Source: Frankiaceae bacterium
Lineage (GTDB): Bacteria; Actinomycetota; Actinomycetes; JAFAQI01
Length of the DNA stretch: 64,000 nucleotides
NCBI GenBank assembly: GCA_025929365.1
Contig: JAICMG010000002.1
Span: forward strand, 1,438 to 65,437
Direction: 5' to 3'
The notes under the pieces are model-generated. The model saw only the letters and a list, made by a program, of their open reading frames with translations. It had not been told where the DNA came from and made no database searches. Shown one piece after another: positions 1-10,223 of the stretch (positions are counted from its first letter, which is position 1; each line of letters starts with the position of its first letter). A program made the translations under genes and the position numbers.

Positions 1-1415
1 GGGCACCGCTGGTCGCGCGGGCGCGCGAGCTGCGCATCCTGCATGACTCCTGGCAGCGCGTGGCCGACGACGGTGCCCTGCAGATGGTGACGGTGTACGG
101 CGCGTCCGGGATCGGCAAGACCCGTCTCGGCAGCGAGTTCGTCCAGCACGTCACCGACAACGGTGGCCGGGTCTTCCGGGGCCGCTCGCTGCCGTACCGG
201 GACAGCGGTGCGTACGGCGCCTTCGCCGGGCAGGTCAAGCAGATCGTCGGCATCTTCGAAAGCGACCCGGTCGACATTGCCCTCGGCAAGCTGAGGGCCT
301 TCGTCGAGGAGCTGCTCGGCGCAACCGAGGCCGACACCGTGTCGGGGCATCTCGGCGTGATCCTGGGACTGGAGCGCGGCGCCGTTGCCGACCGCGAAAC
401 GATGTTCTTCTCGGTGCGCTGCTTCATCGAGGCCGTCGCCGCCGCGGGACCGGTGCTGCTGGTGTTCGAGGACCTGCACTGGGCCGACAGCGGATTGCTC
501 GACGTCGTCGAGATGCTCGCCGCTCGGGTTCGCAACGTGCCGGTGTTCATCCTCGCGCTGTCGCGCCCCGATCTGCTCGACGCGCGGCCGGGCTGGGGCA
601 GTGGCCTGCCGTCGTACCTTGCGCTCACTCTCGATCCGCTCTCTGATGCGGACGCGCGCGAGCTCGCCGGCCACTTGTTGGCGACGGGGGGCGACGAGCT
701 GCTACGGCGCGTCGCCGCGCTGGCGGCGACGGCGGAGGGCAACCCGCTGTTCCTCGAGCAGCTCGCGGCCACCCTGAACGAGCAGACCGCCGCGTTGCCC
801 GCGGCGCTGCCGACGACGATTCGCGGCATCGTCACGGCACGACTCGATGCGCTGCCGGCGGAGGAGCGCTCGCTTCTCGTCGACGCAGCCGTCATCGGGC
901 GGGTGTTCTGGCGTGGGGCGCTGGCCCGCAGCTGGGACGACGAGACCTTGAGCCGGTTGTTCGCCGCACTCGACGCCCGCGACCTGATCCAGCGCGAGAC
1001 GACATCGATCATCGAGGGGCAGCAGCAGTACGCGTTCAAACACGGCATGATTCGCGACGTCGCCTACGAGACACTGCCTCGACGCCGCCGCCAGGAGCGC
1101 CACGCGGAAGTGGCGGAGTTCCTCGAAGCCGCTTCACTCACCGGCACCGAGGCGGTCGCGGCGAAGGCTCGGCACTGGCGGGACGCGGGCCGGCCCGAGC
1201 GGGCCGTCGACTACTTCCTCACCGCCGCGGAACAGGCCGGTAACGGCTGGGCGAAGGATCGCGCGGCGCTGTTCTACGGCGAGGCGCTCGACTGCCTCCC
1301 TGAGGACGACGAGCGGCGGCGCATGATCCGGGCCAAGCAGGCGCTGACCGCCGCGGCGGCTCAGCATGTCGCCGATGCTCGTGAGTTCAGACGGCAGCAG
1401 CAGCTGGCGGACTAG
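1..1415 (+). CDS. AAA ATPase domain protein of the large ATP-binding regulator family (adenylate-cyclase/LuxR-associated type); 5' end lies outside the window
   Basis: The frame is open from nt 1 with no stop upstream of the listed start at 60. Walker A motif YGASGIGKT. P-loop NTPase followed by Ala/Leu-rich helical (TPR-like) repeats. Ends at 1415 with no LuxR HTH. Confidence 0.6.
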   Translation, partial: APLVARARELRILHDSWQRVADDGALQMVTVYGASGIGKTRLGSEFVQHVTDNGGRVFRGRSLPYRDSGAYGAFAGQVKQIVGIFESDPVDIALGKLRAFVEELLGATEADTVSGHLGVILGLERGAVADRETMFFSVRCFIEAVAAAGPVLLVFEDLHWADSGLLDVVEMLAARVRNVPVFILALSRPDLLDARPGWGSGLPSYLALTLDPLSDADARELAGHLLATGGDELLRRVAALAATAEGNPLFLEQLAATLNEQTAALPAALPTTIRGIVTARLDALPAEERSLLVDAAVIGRVFWRGALARSWDDETLSRLFAALDARDLIQRETTSIIEGQQQYAFKHGMIRDVAYETLPRRRRQERHAEVAEFLEAASLTGTEAVAAKARHWRDAGRPERAVDYFLTAAEQAGNGWAKDRAALFYGEALDCLPEDDERRRMIRAKQALTAAAAQHVADAREFRRQQQLAD

Positions 1416-1431
1416 CGCCGCCCGTCCCGGC

Positions 1432-1716
1432 TCAGCTGGTCGGGAAGTCGCCGGGGCTGACGTCGCCGACGATCTCGGCGATGCGGTCCACGCGGTGCTG
1501 GCCGAGTGAGTCGGCGTGACGCTGCACGGTGTCGACGTCGGGCGCGTCGTACACGCAGTACGTCCGGACGTCGCCGGCATCGCTGAGCACGACGTGGCTG
1601 TGCTCCCACTTGATCTCGGGGAACTTCTCGGTCGCGATGTCTCGGGAGCGCCGCCCGACCTCGGACATCTCGGCCTCGTCCACGAAGAAGGTTCGCTCGA
1701 CCAGGTACCTCGGCAT
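1432..1716 (-). CDS. DUF4242 family small protein
   Basis: The ORF is 1432..1743. An internal Met at MPRYLVERTF matches the typical DUF4242 N-terminus, so I prefer the shorter start. Confidence 0.5.
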   Translation of the reverse strand: MPRYLVERTFFVDEAEMSEVGRRSRDIATEKFPEIKWEHSHVVLSDAGDVRTYCVYDAPDVDTVQRHADSLGQHRVDRIAEIVGDVSPGDFPTS

Positions 1717-1836
1717 GTTCCTCACCCGCCCCTTCCGATCCATTGACTGCGGCGGAGCCTAACCGGGCGTCGCCGTGCGGTCACGTCGAAGTGTCGGCCG
1801 GCGCACAGACCGCGCGCCCCATGCGAGAGTGCCGGT

Positions 1837-2580
1837 GTGACGGTCGTCCTCGTGAACGGCAACCCCGAGACGCCGGCGGTGTGGCGGCCGCTCATCGTCG
1901 CGTTGGCACGCGAGGACATCGTCACTCTTGCACCGCCCGGCTTCGGCGCAAGGGTCCCTGAAGGATTCGGCGCCACTTACGACGAGTACGTCGGCTGGCT
2001 CGTGGCCGAGCTGGAGTCGATTGGCGAGCCGGTCGACCTGGTGGGTCACGACTGGGGTGCGAACTTCAGCTTCCGGGTGGCGTGTGAGCGACCCGACCTG
2101 CTGCGCTCGTGGGCAATCGACACCGCGGGTGGCTTCGCGCCTGACTACTCCTTTCCCGGCGTGAGCCGGGTGTGGCAGACGCCGGGCGAGGGCGAGAAGG
2201 CCATGGCCAACTGGTTGGCGATGGGGATCCCCGAACGAACCGCTCTCAATGAGGCGCTCGGCATGACCGTTGACGCGGCGGGCGAGCTGGCAGCCGCATT
2301 CGACAAGCCCATGACCGACTGCATCCTTGCCGTCTATCGCTCGGTGCCCCAGCCGGTGCTCGCGCATTGGGGTGCGCGCGCGACAGATGCATCGCAGCGG
2401 CCAGGCCTGGTCGTCATCCCGACCGGCGACCAGTACACCGGTACGCCGGGACAGCACCAATGGCTCGCCGAGCAAGCGGGGGCGCGGGTCGCCGTCCTCG
2501 AAGGACTGGGCCACTGGTGGATGCTGCAGGATCCCGCGGCGTCAGCCGAAGCCTTGTCGCGGTTCTGGGCCAACCTCTAG
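1837..2580 (+). CDS. alpha/beta hydrolase fold protein
   Basis: N-terminal HG-type oxyanion region (VVLVNGNPETPAVW). Nucleophile elbow HDWGA. 247 aa. Confidence 0.6.
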   Translation: MTVVLVNGNPETPAVWRPLIVALAREDIVTLAPPGFGARVPEGFGATYDEYVGWLVAELESIGEPVDLVGHDWGANFSFRVACERPDLLRSWAIDTAGGFAPDYSFPGVSRVWQTPGEGEKAMANWLAMGIPERTALNEALGMTVDAAGELAAAFDKPMTDCILAVYRSVPQPVLAHWGARATDASQRPGLVVIPTGDQYTGTPGQHQWLAEQAGARVAVLEGLGHWWMLQDPAASAEALSRFWANL

Positions 2581-2610
2581 CGGGAGCCGGCACGCGCTTA
2601 ACGTGGAGAC

Positions 2611-2970
2611 ATGAGCGGGTTGCTCGTCTTCGACGGGGACTGCGGCTTCTGCACGAGCTCGGTCAGGTTCATCGACCGGTGGATCAAGCCGCCGGTTGAC
2701 GCCCTGCCATGGCAACGGGCTGATCTCGCCGCGCTCGGCCTCACCGAGGTCCAGTGCGACGAGGCGGTGCAGTACCGCGACCACGCGGGACGGTGGCACT
2801 CCGCCGGGCGGGCGGTTGCCGCGTTGTTGGCCGACTCCCGGGCTCCATGGTCATGGCTGGGACGGCTCGCCCGAATCCCCGGGCTCACGTGGCTGGTCGA
2901 CCACGGCTATGAAGTGGTGTCCGCAAACCGCAGCCGGCTTCCCGGAGGGACCCCCGCCTGCCAGCTGTGA
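2611..2970 (+). CDS. thiol-disulfide oxidoreductase DCC family (DUF393) protein
   Basis: N-terminal LVFDGDCGFC motif characteristic of the DCC family. 119 aa. Confidence 0.6.
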   Translation: MSGLLVFDGDCGFCTSSVRFIDRWIKPPVDALPWQRADLAALGLTEVQCDEAVQYRDHAGRWHSAGRAVAALLADSRAPWSWLGRLARIPGLTWLVDHGYEVVSANRSRLPGGTPACQL

Positions 2971-2974
2971 AGCG

Positions 2975-4663
2975 TTAGTTCTCCGGGTGGGGCTGGGTGT
3001 CCGGGACGGGTTCGCGGGGCTCGTCCCAGAAGTCCTCGAGCTTGGTCCGTGCCTTGGCGAGTACGCCGACCGGCCGGGTGACCGTCTGCGTGTGACCGTC
3101 GGCGGGAGCCGGCTCGTGGCCGTCGCCGGCGGCGATCGCCGCGTGACCGTCCCCGTGGTGGTGCGGGTCGTAGCCGATCTGCTTCGCCAGCGTCTCCGCC
3201 TTCTTCGCCGGCAGTGGCTCCTCGACCTCGATGTAGGCACCGGACGGCAGCCGCCGGATGATGCCGGTCTCGACCCCATGGTGAAGGAGTGCCTCGTCGT
3301 GATGCTGCAGCCCGAGGCAGAACCGCTTGGTGACCTTGAAGGCGATCGGTGGCAGCGCGATGAGGAGCACCCGCAGCACCCACGTCGTCGCCTGTAGCGA
3401 CCAGTGGAACGTGCTCGCGAGGATGTCGTTGGCGCCACCCGCGACGAGGACCATGTAGAACGTCAGCGACATCACGCCGAGGCCGGTCCGGACAGGTACG
3501 TCGCGTGGCCGGTCGAGCAGGTTGTGGTAGGCCTTGTCCTTCGTGACCCAGGCCTCGATGTTCGGGTAGAGCGCGAGCAGGTTGAACATGATGCCGGGCA
3601 GGATCACGCCGGGAATGAGGATGTTCCAGCTGATCGTGTGGTGCCAGATGTGGGTTTCCCAGTTGGGCATCATGCGCAGCGAGCCCTCGAGGAACAGGAT
3701 GTACCAGTCGGGCTGCGAGCCCGCCGACACCTGTCCGGCGTTGTAGGGCCCGTAGAGCCACACCGGGTTGATCTGCGCGAACGCGGCGAGCGCGGTGATC
3801 ATGCCGAAGACCATGAAGAGGAAGCCGTTGGTCTTGAGGAAGAAGCCCGGGTAGAACTTCGTCCCGATGACGTTGTCCTCGGTCTTGCCGGGCCCCGGGA
3901 AGTCGGTGTGCTTCTGGTGCCAGAGGATCATCATGTGCGCGCTGATCAGCGCGAGCAGGATGCCCGGCACGAGCAGCACGTGAATGATGAACAGTCGCGA
4001 GATGATGTCCTGGCCGGGATAGTTCCCCCCGAACAGGAAGTAGCAGACGTAGGTCCCGACCACGGGGATCGACTCCGCCACCGAGTAGGCGATCCGAAGG
4101 CCCGTGCCGGAGAGCAGGTCGTCGGGCAGCGAGTAGCCCGCGAAGCCCTCGAGGATGCCGAGGATCATCAGGATGGTCCCGATGTGCCAGTTGATCGTGC
4201 GCGGCTTGCGGAACGCTCCGGTGAAGAACACCCGGAACATGTGCACGACGATCGACGTCACGAAGATCAGCGCGGCCCAGTGGTGGATCTGGCGCATTAG
4301 CAGACCACCGCGCACATCGAAGGAGATGTGCAGCGTCGAGGCGTAGGCCTCCGTCATCTGGACGCCACGCAGCGGCTGGTAGCTGCCGTTGTACTGCACG
4401 ACGTTCTGGCTGGCGTGGAAGAACAGTGTCAGGTACACACCCGACAGCAGCAGGATCACGAAGCTGTAGAGCGCGATCTCGCCGAGCATGAACGACCAGT
4501 GGTCCGGAAAGACCTTGTCCATGCTGCGCTTGAGGAAGCTCGCCGACCCGAACTGGTCGTCGACGTACTTCAGGGTTCCGCGCGTGGCCTTCTCTGCCGC
4601 ACCCTGGTTCTCGGGTCGGGTCAGCGCCGCGCCGCCGTTTGCGTCAGCCTTCTTCGCGCTCAT
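2975..4663 (-). CDS. qcrB: ubiquinol-cytochrome c reductase cytochrome b subunit
   Basis: 562 aa polytopic membrane protein. His-rich haem-binding helices. Actinobacterial QcrB N-terminal motif (KYVDDQFG..FLKR). Gene order qcrC-qcrA-qcrB. Confidence 0.9.
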   Translation of the reverse strand: MSAKKADANGGAALTRPENQGAAEKATRGTLKYVDDQFGSASFLKRSMDKVFPDHWSFMLGEIALYSFVILLLSGVYLTLFFHASQNVVQYNGSYQPLRGVQMTEAYASTLHISFDVRGGLLMRQIHHWAALIFVTSIVVHMFRVFFTGAFRKPRTINWHIGTILMILGILEGFAGYSLPDDLLSGTGLRIAYSVAESIPVVGTYVCYFLFGGNYPGQDIISRLFIIHVLLVPGILLALISAHMMILWHQKHTDFPGPGKTEDNVIGTKFYPGFFLKTNGFLFMVFGMITALAAFAQINPVWLYGPYNAGQVSAGSQPDWYILFLEGSLRMMPNWETHIWHHTISWNILIPGVILPGIMFNLLALYPNIEAWVTKDKAYHNLLDRPRDVPVRTGLGVMSLTFYMVLVAGGANDILASTFHWSLQATTWVLRVLLIALPPIAFKVTKRFCLGLQHHDEALLHHGVETGIIRRLPSGAYIEVEEPLPAKKAETLAKQIGYDPHHHGDGHAAIAAGDGHEPAPADGHTQTVTRPVGVLAKARTKLEDFWDEPREPVPDTQPHPEN

Positions 4664-5689
4664 CTATCTGCGCTCCCAGAAGCTCGGTCCGACAGCTTGT
4701 GAGTACGGGCCCTTGGCGATGAAGTACCCCTCGGAGTCCAGCCCGATCCTCAGCTGTGGCAGCGGTCGTGCTGCCGGGCCGAAGATCACCTTTGCGTCGT
4801 TCACCATGTCGAACGTCGACTGGTGACACGGGCACAGCAAGTGGTGCGTCTGCTGCTCGAGCAGGCTGATCGGGCAGCCGGCGTGGGTGCAGATCTTCGA
4901 GTACACGACGTGGTCGGCGACGCCCCACTCGCGCTCCTTCTTCGACATGATCTGCCCCGGCCCGAACCGGATCAGCATCGACGGCGCGAGCGCGTCCTCG
5001 TCGACGTCGGTGAAGCCTTCGGGCATGACCGTCACGAGGCCGCCGATCTCGACCGTGCCGAGCTTGATCGGCAGCCTCGTGTCGAGATCGACCAGCCGTA
5101 CGCCGGCGCGCCAGCCGGTCCGCAGCAGGCTGCGGTGGGGGAGCGGGCCGAGGTCGCGCAGCATGATGACGAGCGGCAGCGGGAACAGGCCGAGCGCTCC
5201 GAGCAGGCTGCGGCGAAGGATCTTGTGCTTGCCGAGGCCCATGTCGTCGACGCCCGCGAGGAAGGTGTTCTCGGCCTCGATCTCCTCGGCCTCCGGGGAG
5301 TGGAAGTCGTGGCGGTCCTGGATCGCCTTCTCGTGCGGGAGCAGCTTCTTCGCCCAGACGATGAAGCCACCGCCGATCGCGAACAGCGCAAGTGCGAGCG
5401 AACCACCGAGCGCGTAGTTGCTGTACTGCCCGAGGTTGTCGCGGATCGAGATCGCGAAGTAGGCGACGATGAAGAAGATCAGCATCGCCGTGCCGACCAG
5501 GAACAGCGCTGCTACCTGCAGCTCGGCGAAACGCTCCTCTTCCTCGGTCTCCGCGGTCTGCTCGAGGATGTGCTGGTCAGAGGCGCGCTCGACCGTCGCC
5601 GGGTTGTCGTCGGTGGGACGGCGTCCGACGCGCTTGCGCGGAGGCGGCACCAACCCTTCTCCGTCACTCACGCCTTGCTCCCGATCCAC
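4664..5689 (-). CDS. qcrA: ubiquinol-cytochrome c reductase Rieske iron-sulfur subunit
   Basis: Rieske boxes CTHAGCP and CPCHQSTF. N-terminal transmembrane helices. Abuts qcrB. Confidence 0.85.
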   Translation of the reverse strand: MDREQGVSDGEGLVPPPRKRVGRRPTDDNPATVERASDQHILEQTAETEEEERFAELQVAALFLVGTAMLIFFIVAYFAISIRDNLGQYSNYALGGSLALALFAIGGGFIVWAKKLLPHEKAIQDRHDFHSPEAEEIEAENTFLAGVDDMGLGKHKILRRSLLGALGLFPLPLVIMLRDLGPLPHRSLLRTGWRAGVRLVDLDTRLPIKLGTVEIGGLVTVMPEGFTDVDEDALAPSMLIRFGPGQIMSKKEREWGVADHVVYSKICTHAGCPISLLEQQTHHLLCPCHQSTFDMVNDAKVIFGPAARPLPQLRIGLDSEGYFIAKGPYSQAVGPSFWERR

Positions 5690-6516
5690 ATCGTGATGAT
5701 CACCAGTCCACCGATGCCGACCAGCCAGCTGACGGCGGTCTCGGTGACCGGTCCGACGCGGCCGAGCCCGGCACCGCCGGGGTTGGGTTCGGCCTTGATC
5801 GTCTTGACGTAGTCGATGATCGCGAGCTTCTCCGGCGGGGTGATCTGCTTGTCACCGAAGACCGGCATGTTCTCGGGGCCGGTGATCATCGCCTCGTAGA
5901 TCTGTCGAGGCGTCGCGTCGGACAGCGACGGCGCGTACTTGCCGTAGGTCAGCGCGCCGCCCGAGCCGGCGAAGTTGTGGCACTGCGCGCAGTTGGTGCG
6001 AAACAGCGCGCCGCCGTACGCCACGTCCGCGCTCTGGTAGTCGAGGTTGGTCGGGATGGCAGGACCCGCGCCCAGGCTGGCGACGTAGGTCGCGAGCTCC
6101 TGGATCTGGGTCTCGTCGTACACGGGCCTCTTGCGCGGCATCTCCGGCCCGTGCGCCTGTGCGGGCATGCGCCCGGTGCCGACCTGGAAGTCGACGGCCG
6201 CGGCGCCGACGCCGATGAGGCTGGGCGCGCGGGCGCCACCCTCGGCGTTGAGGCCGTGACAGGTCGAGCAACCCTGGAGGAACAGCTGCCGGCCGGCCTG
6301 GATCGCGGGGTCGTTGTTGGACGCGGACGACGCGGCGGGCGCGAGGCCGGCGTACAACGTGGCGATCGTGCCGAGCGCGGCGACGAGCACGCCGAGGGAT
6401 GCGATCCTGCGCCGGCGGGAGCGCCCGGCTCGCGCCGGTTCCGCTGACTCGACTGGGGTCACGGGCTCCACTTTCGTCACCGGATCAGGTAGATGATCGT
6501 GAACAGGCCGATCCAC
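5668..6516 (-). CDS. qcrC: ubiquinol-cytochrome c reductase dihaem cytochrome c subunit
   Basis: Two CxxCH haem-binding motifs (CSTCHG, CAQCHN). C-terminal TM anchor. Overlaps the qcrA start by 22 nt. Confidence 0.85.
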   Translation of the reverse strand: MDRPVHDHLPDPVTKVEPVTPVESAEPARAGRSRRRRIASLGVLVAALGTIATLYAGLAPAASSASNNDPAIQAGRQLFLQGCSTCHGLNAEGGARAPSLIGVGAAAVDFQVGTGRMPAQAHGPEMPRKRPVYDETQIQELATYVASLGAGPAIPTNLDYQSADVAYGGALFRTNCAQCHNFAGSGGALTYGKYAPSLSDATPRQIYEAMITGPENMPVFGDKQITPPEKLAIIDYVKTIKAEPNPGGAGLGRVGPVTETAVSWLVGIGGLVIITMWIGSKA

Positions 6517-7070
6517 ACGATGTCGACGAAGTGCCAGTAGTACGACACGACGATCGCCGCGGTGGCCTGGGCGGGCGTGAACTTGCCGAACGTCGTACGC
6601 AGCATCAGCAGCACGAAGGCGATGAGACCGCCGAGCACGTGCAAGCCGTGGAAGCCGGTCGTCAGGTAGTACACCGAGCCGTAGCCGTGCGAGGCGAGCG
6701 AGAAGTCGTTGTGCACGAAGTACTCGAAGGACTGGCCGCCGATGAAGACCGCGCCCATGAAGAACGTGACCATGAACCAGTAGCGCAGCTTCTCGACGTC
6801 ACCGCGCTCCGCCGCGAACACCCCGAGCTGGCAGGTCACGCTGGAGAGCACGAGGATCACGGTGAACGGGGTCGCGGTCTTCAGGTCGAGCACGACGCCC
6901 TTGGCGGGCCAGTGCGGCTCGTTGACCGCGCGGACCGTGAAGTACGTCGCGAACAGCGCCGCGAAGAACATCAGCTCCGAGGACAACCAGACGATCACGC
7001 CGACGCTGAGCAGGTTCGGGCGGTTGAGCGCGCCGTGTGGGCGGTGCTCGATCGCGCTTGCGGATGCCAC
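6477..7070 (-). CDS. ctaE: cytochrome c oxidase subunit III
   Basis: The ORF extends to 7241. An internal GTG ([19 protein letters not shown]) gives about 198 aa, matching actinobacterial CtaE ([18 protein letters not shown]). The start is approximate. Confidence 0.75.
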   Translation of the reverse strand: MASASAIEHRPHGALNRPNLLSVGVIVWLSSELMFFAALFATYFTVRAVNEPHWPAKGVVLDLKTATPFTVILVLSSVTCQLGVFAAERGDVEKLRYWFMVTFFMGAVFIGGQSFEYFVHNDFSLASHGYGSVYYLTTGFHGLHVLGGLIAFVLLMLRTTFGKFTPAQATAAIVVSYYWHFVDIVWIGLFTIIYLIR

Positions 7071-7239
7071 GGCGTGATTCTTGCAGGAGCGTTCCGGGCG
7101 CGGACCGCGACCCCCGTCGGCGAGTCGCTCGTGCCTTTGTGACCATATGGAGGCGGCGGAGCCGCTCCGCGAGCGCGCGGCGGGGGGCTGCAGGACGTGG
7201 GCCGAAATCTCGTTGGGGCGACCACCTAGGATTCGCCCC

Positions 7240-7677
7240 ATGCAGGAGGCTCCCGCCGCGCCGCGCCGGCTGAACGTGCTCGTCTACGCCAGCAGCGCGC
7301 AGACCCGCGACCGGGTGATCCGCGCGCTGGGCGAGCACCCAGAGCCAGGCCTCGCGATCGACGTGGTCGCGCTGGACAACGACGACGCCGCAATCGCGCG
7401 GCTCGACGAGGGTGGCATCGATCTCGCCATCCTCGACGGCGAGGCTGCGCCGAGCGGCGGGATGGGGCTCGCGCGCCAGATCAAGGACGAGATCGACTCG
7501 CCGCCCCCGGTCGTCCTGCTCGTCGCCCGCCGGGACGACGCGTGGCTCGCCACCTGGTCACGTGCCGAGGCCGTGGTCCCGCACCCGGTCGACCCCGTGA
7601 CCCTCGCGAACGCCGTGACCTCGCTGATCGAGGGCTCTGCGGCAAAAGGCGGGGCCGAGGCCACCGCCGCCCACTGA
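7240..7677 (+). CDS. response-regulator receiver-like (pseudo-receiver) single-domain protein
   Basis: 145 aa from the internal Met ([16 protein letters not shown]). CheY-like fold signature [15 protein letters not shown]. The N-terminal acidic pair is replaced by ASS. The stop is 1 nt before the trpD start. Confidence 0.5.
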   Translation: MQEAPAAPRRLNVLVYASSAQTRDRVIRALGEHPEPGLAIDVVALDNDDAAIARLDEGGIDLAILDGEAAPSGGMGLARQIKDEIDSPPPVVLLVARRDDAWLATWSRAEAVVPHPVDPVTLANAVTSLIEGSAAKGGAEATAAH

Positions 7678-7678
7678 C

Positions 7679-8725
7679 ATGGCCGGGGGGCAGACCTGGC
7701 CGGACCTGCTGAGCCGGCTGCTGTCAGGGCAGTCGCTGACGACCGAGGACACCGCGTGGGCGATGTCCGAGATCATGTCCGGAGCCGCAACGTCGGCGCA
7801 GATCGCGGCGTTCGCCGTGGCATTGCGGGCCAAGGGTGAGTCGGCGGCGGAGATCAGTGGCCTCGTGCACGGGATGTTGTCCTACGCCGAGCCGCTGACG
7901 ATCGAGGGCCGGCTGGTCGACACCTGTGGCACCGGGGGTGATCGCGCCGCGACCGTCAACATCTCCACCCTCGCCGCGCTCGTCGTACGAGGCGCCGGAG
8001 CGACCGTCGTGAAGCACGGCAACCGCGCCGCGTCGTCGGCCTGCGGGTCGGCGGACCTGCTCGAGGAGCTCGGCGTCGTCATCGACCTGCCGCCCGCGGC
8101 GGTTGCAGAGTGTGTGGCCGAGGCGGGGATCGGCTTCTGCTTCGCCCGGGTGTTCCACCCGGCGCTGCGCCACGCCGGAGATGCCCGCGCCGAGATCGGC
8201 GTCCCGACCTTCTTCAACATCCTCGGCCCGCTGGCGAACCCGGCGCGTCCGGGCGCGCAGGCGGTCGGCGTCGCCCACGAGCCGCTGGCCGAGGTGATGG
8301 CCGGCGTCCTCGCCGGGCGGGGCACGGATGCGCTCGTCTTCCGCGGCACCGACGGGTTGGACGAGCTGTCGATCCACGCCACGTCGCGGGTGTGGGTGGT
8401 CAGCCGCGGGTCGGTCCGGGAGGACGTCGTCGATCCCCGGGCGCTCGGCATCCCGGCCGCGGCTCCCGATGCGCTCAAGGGCGGGGACGCGGCGCTCAAC
8501 GCCGCGATCAGCCGGCGCTTCCTGGACGGCGAGGCAGGACCGGTGCGCGACGCGGTGCTCCTCAATGCCGCCGCGGGGATCGTCGCCCACGACGGGCCGA
8601 CCACTGCCCCGGTCGCGGATCAGATCGCCGCTGCCCTGCCGCGGGCGGCCGAGTCGCTCGACTCGGCAGCCGCAGCCCGAGCGCTCGACACCTGGATCAA
8701 AGCGAGCAAGTCCGCCGCGAGTTAG
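7679..8725 (+). CDS. trpD: anthranilate phosphoribosyltransferase
   Basis: CGTGGD motif. 348 aa. Classic TrpD glycine-rich loops. Adjacent to ctaE, as in mycobacteria. Confidence 0.9.
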   Translation: MAGGQTWPDLLSRLLSGQSLTTEDTAWAMSEIMSGAATSAQIAAFAVALRAKGESAAEISGLVHGMLSYAEPLTIEGRLVDTCGTGGDRAATVNISTLAALVVRGAGATVVKHGNRAASSACGSADLLEELGVVIDLPPAAVAECVAEAGIGFCFARVFHPALRHAGDARAEIGVPTFFNILGPLANPARPGAQAVGVAHEPLAEVMAGVLAGRGTDALVFRGTDGLDELSIHATSRVWVVSRGSVREDVVDPRALGIPAAAPDALKGGDAALNAAISRRFLDGEAGPVRDAVLLNAAAGIVAHDGPTTAPVADQIAAALPRAAESLDSAAAARALDTWIKASKSAAS

Positions 8726-9009
8726 TCGGAGTCGGACAGGCCGATCGAGAACGCGGCTTCGAGGTCGTGCCGCGAGTAGGCGCGGAATGCGACGTGGGTC
8801 TCAGTCGCGACGACGCCGTCGACCTTGTTGAGCTTGTCTGCGACAACCGCCGCGATCGCTTCGTGCGAGCGCACGCGAACGAGTGCGATGAGGTCGATCT
8901 CACCGGTCACCGAGTAGACCTCGCTGACACCCGGGATAGCGGCGATCGCCTCGGCGACCGCGCCCAAGCGATCGACAGCGGCGGAGATGAACACGATTGC
9001 AGTGATCAT
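8722..9009 (-). CDS. Lrp/AsnC ligand-binding (RAM) domain-only protein
   Basis: The ORF is 127 aa. I prefer the internal Met (MITAIVFIS), which is preceded by a G-rich SD-like run. About 95 aa with an AsnC C-terminal domain pattern and no HTH. Confidence 0.5.
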   Translation of the reverse strand: MITAIVFISAAVDRLGAVAEAIAAIPGVSEVYSVTGEIDLIALVRVRSHEAIAAVVADKLNKVDGVVATETHVAFRAYSRHDLEAAFSIGLSDSD

Positions 9010-9058
9010 GTCCACCACCCCACCCCCGCCCTGGAGCGGAGTCAACTTCGTCGACACC

Positions 9059-10174
9059 TCATACCGACCCCAGGACCTGCTCGCCCAGGGTGAGCGCGCG
9101 ATCAATCACTCTGCCCTTGTCGAGGGTGATGTCGTCGATCGACCGACCGTGGCGGCGCTCGAGGAACGCGACCCAGTCGGGCTCGGCGAGCTGCGCGGCC
9201 CACGTCGTGAGCATCGGTCCGTAGTGCGCCGCGGCAGCTGCGGCGTACCAGTCCTCGAGTTCCTCCAACGTCACCCCGAGACCGCTCGACTGCAACCCCG
9301 CGAGGTACGACGGCAGCACCACCTGCTCGATCGACTCGATGTCGACGCCGGGCATCACCTGCATCCACACCGGATCAAGAGTCATCTGGTCCAGGTCCTG
9401 TCCGACGGCGCCGATCCCGATCTGCGACCAGTCGATTGCGACGGTCGTGCCGTCATCGGCCGCGATCAGATTCGCAGGCCACAGGTCACAGTGCACGAGG
9501 CACATGGGGGCTGCTTCGACAATCGCGAGCAGGTCCTCGCGACGTGACCACAACGATGCAAAGCGCTCACGCAGAGAAACCAACAACCGCAACGGATTCT
9601 CGGCCCAGGCGCCGTCGTCATCGATGAGGCTGACGTGACGTCCGAGGGCATCGACCCAAGCGCGGAGCCAACCGCGCGCCAACCATTCATCGGTGGGAAG
9701 CGGCGCGCTTCCTGCGGCGTATGCGCCCTGCGTGGTGCCGACATCAAACGCAACGCTTCCGTAGTCGGCGACCGGCCACGTTCCACCAGGCCGGCCCTCG
9801 ACGTCCTCCATCCAGATCCAGGTTTCGTCGTCGGCGGGCTGTGTTGTCATCAGTCGCCGCGGTGCCCGCAGCTGCCCAGGGAGCGCGTCGAGGAGGCCCG
9901 AGTCATAGGCGAGCCACTCACGCTTCCAGTAGTTGCGGTGGTTGGGGGTTGACCCCGACACCCACAGCGCCTGGGGATCCGCGTCATGACCGTGCCGCAC
10001 TACCTTGATGACCAGCGAGCCCGTTGACCCAGCTGAGCCCCACGTCACACGAAACACGCCGCCGGTTACCGAGTGCAGGCGAAGCCCGGGATCAATGGGC
10101 GTGACGGTGAACACGTCGGCCTCGACGCCGACCGCACGCCGGAGGTCTGTGCGGTCGATCTCCACGTCCACCAC
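9059..10174 (-). CDS. phosphotransferase enzyme family protein (APH/ChoK-like kinase)
   Basis: Catalytic loop HCDLWPANL and the downstream IDWSQIGIGAVGQDL motif, typical of aminoglycoside-phosphotransferase-like kinases. Confidence 0.65.
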   Translation of the reverse strand: MVDVEIDRTDLRRAVGVEADVFTVTPIDPGLRLHSVTGGVFRVTWGSAGSTGSLVIKVVRHGHDADPQALWVSGSTPNHRNYWKREWLAYDSGLLDALPGQLRAPRRLMTTQPADDETWIWMEDVEGRPGGTWPVADYGSVAFDVGTTQGAYAAGSAPLPTDEWLARGWLRAWVDALGRHVSLIDDDGAWAENPLRLLVSLRERFASLWSRREDLLAIVEAAPMCLVHCDLWPANLIAADDGTTVAIDWSQIGIGAVGQDLDQMTLDPVWMQVMPGVDIESIEQVVLPSYLAGLQSSGLGVTLEELEDWYAAAAAAHYGPMLTTWAAQLAEPDWVAFLERRHGRSIDDITLDKGRVIDRALTLGEQVLGSV

Positions 10175-10223
10175 CCCACCCGCCGCCCATAGGCCGAGTC
10201 GGCTTTGCCGACGCTGTCCTCAA

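Noticed and set aside
3404-4300. 298-aa plus-strand ORF inside qcrB
   Set aside because: Antisense to a high-confidence gene. Composition (Arg/Asp/Val/His runs) is typical of high-GC frame artefacts.
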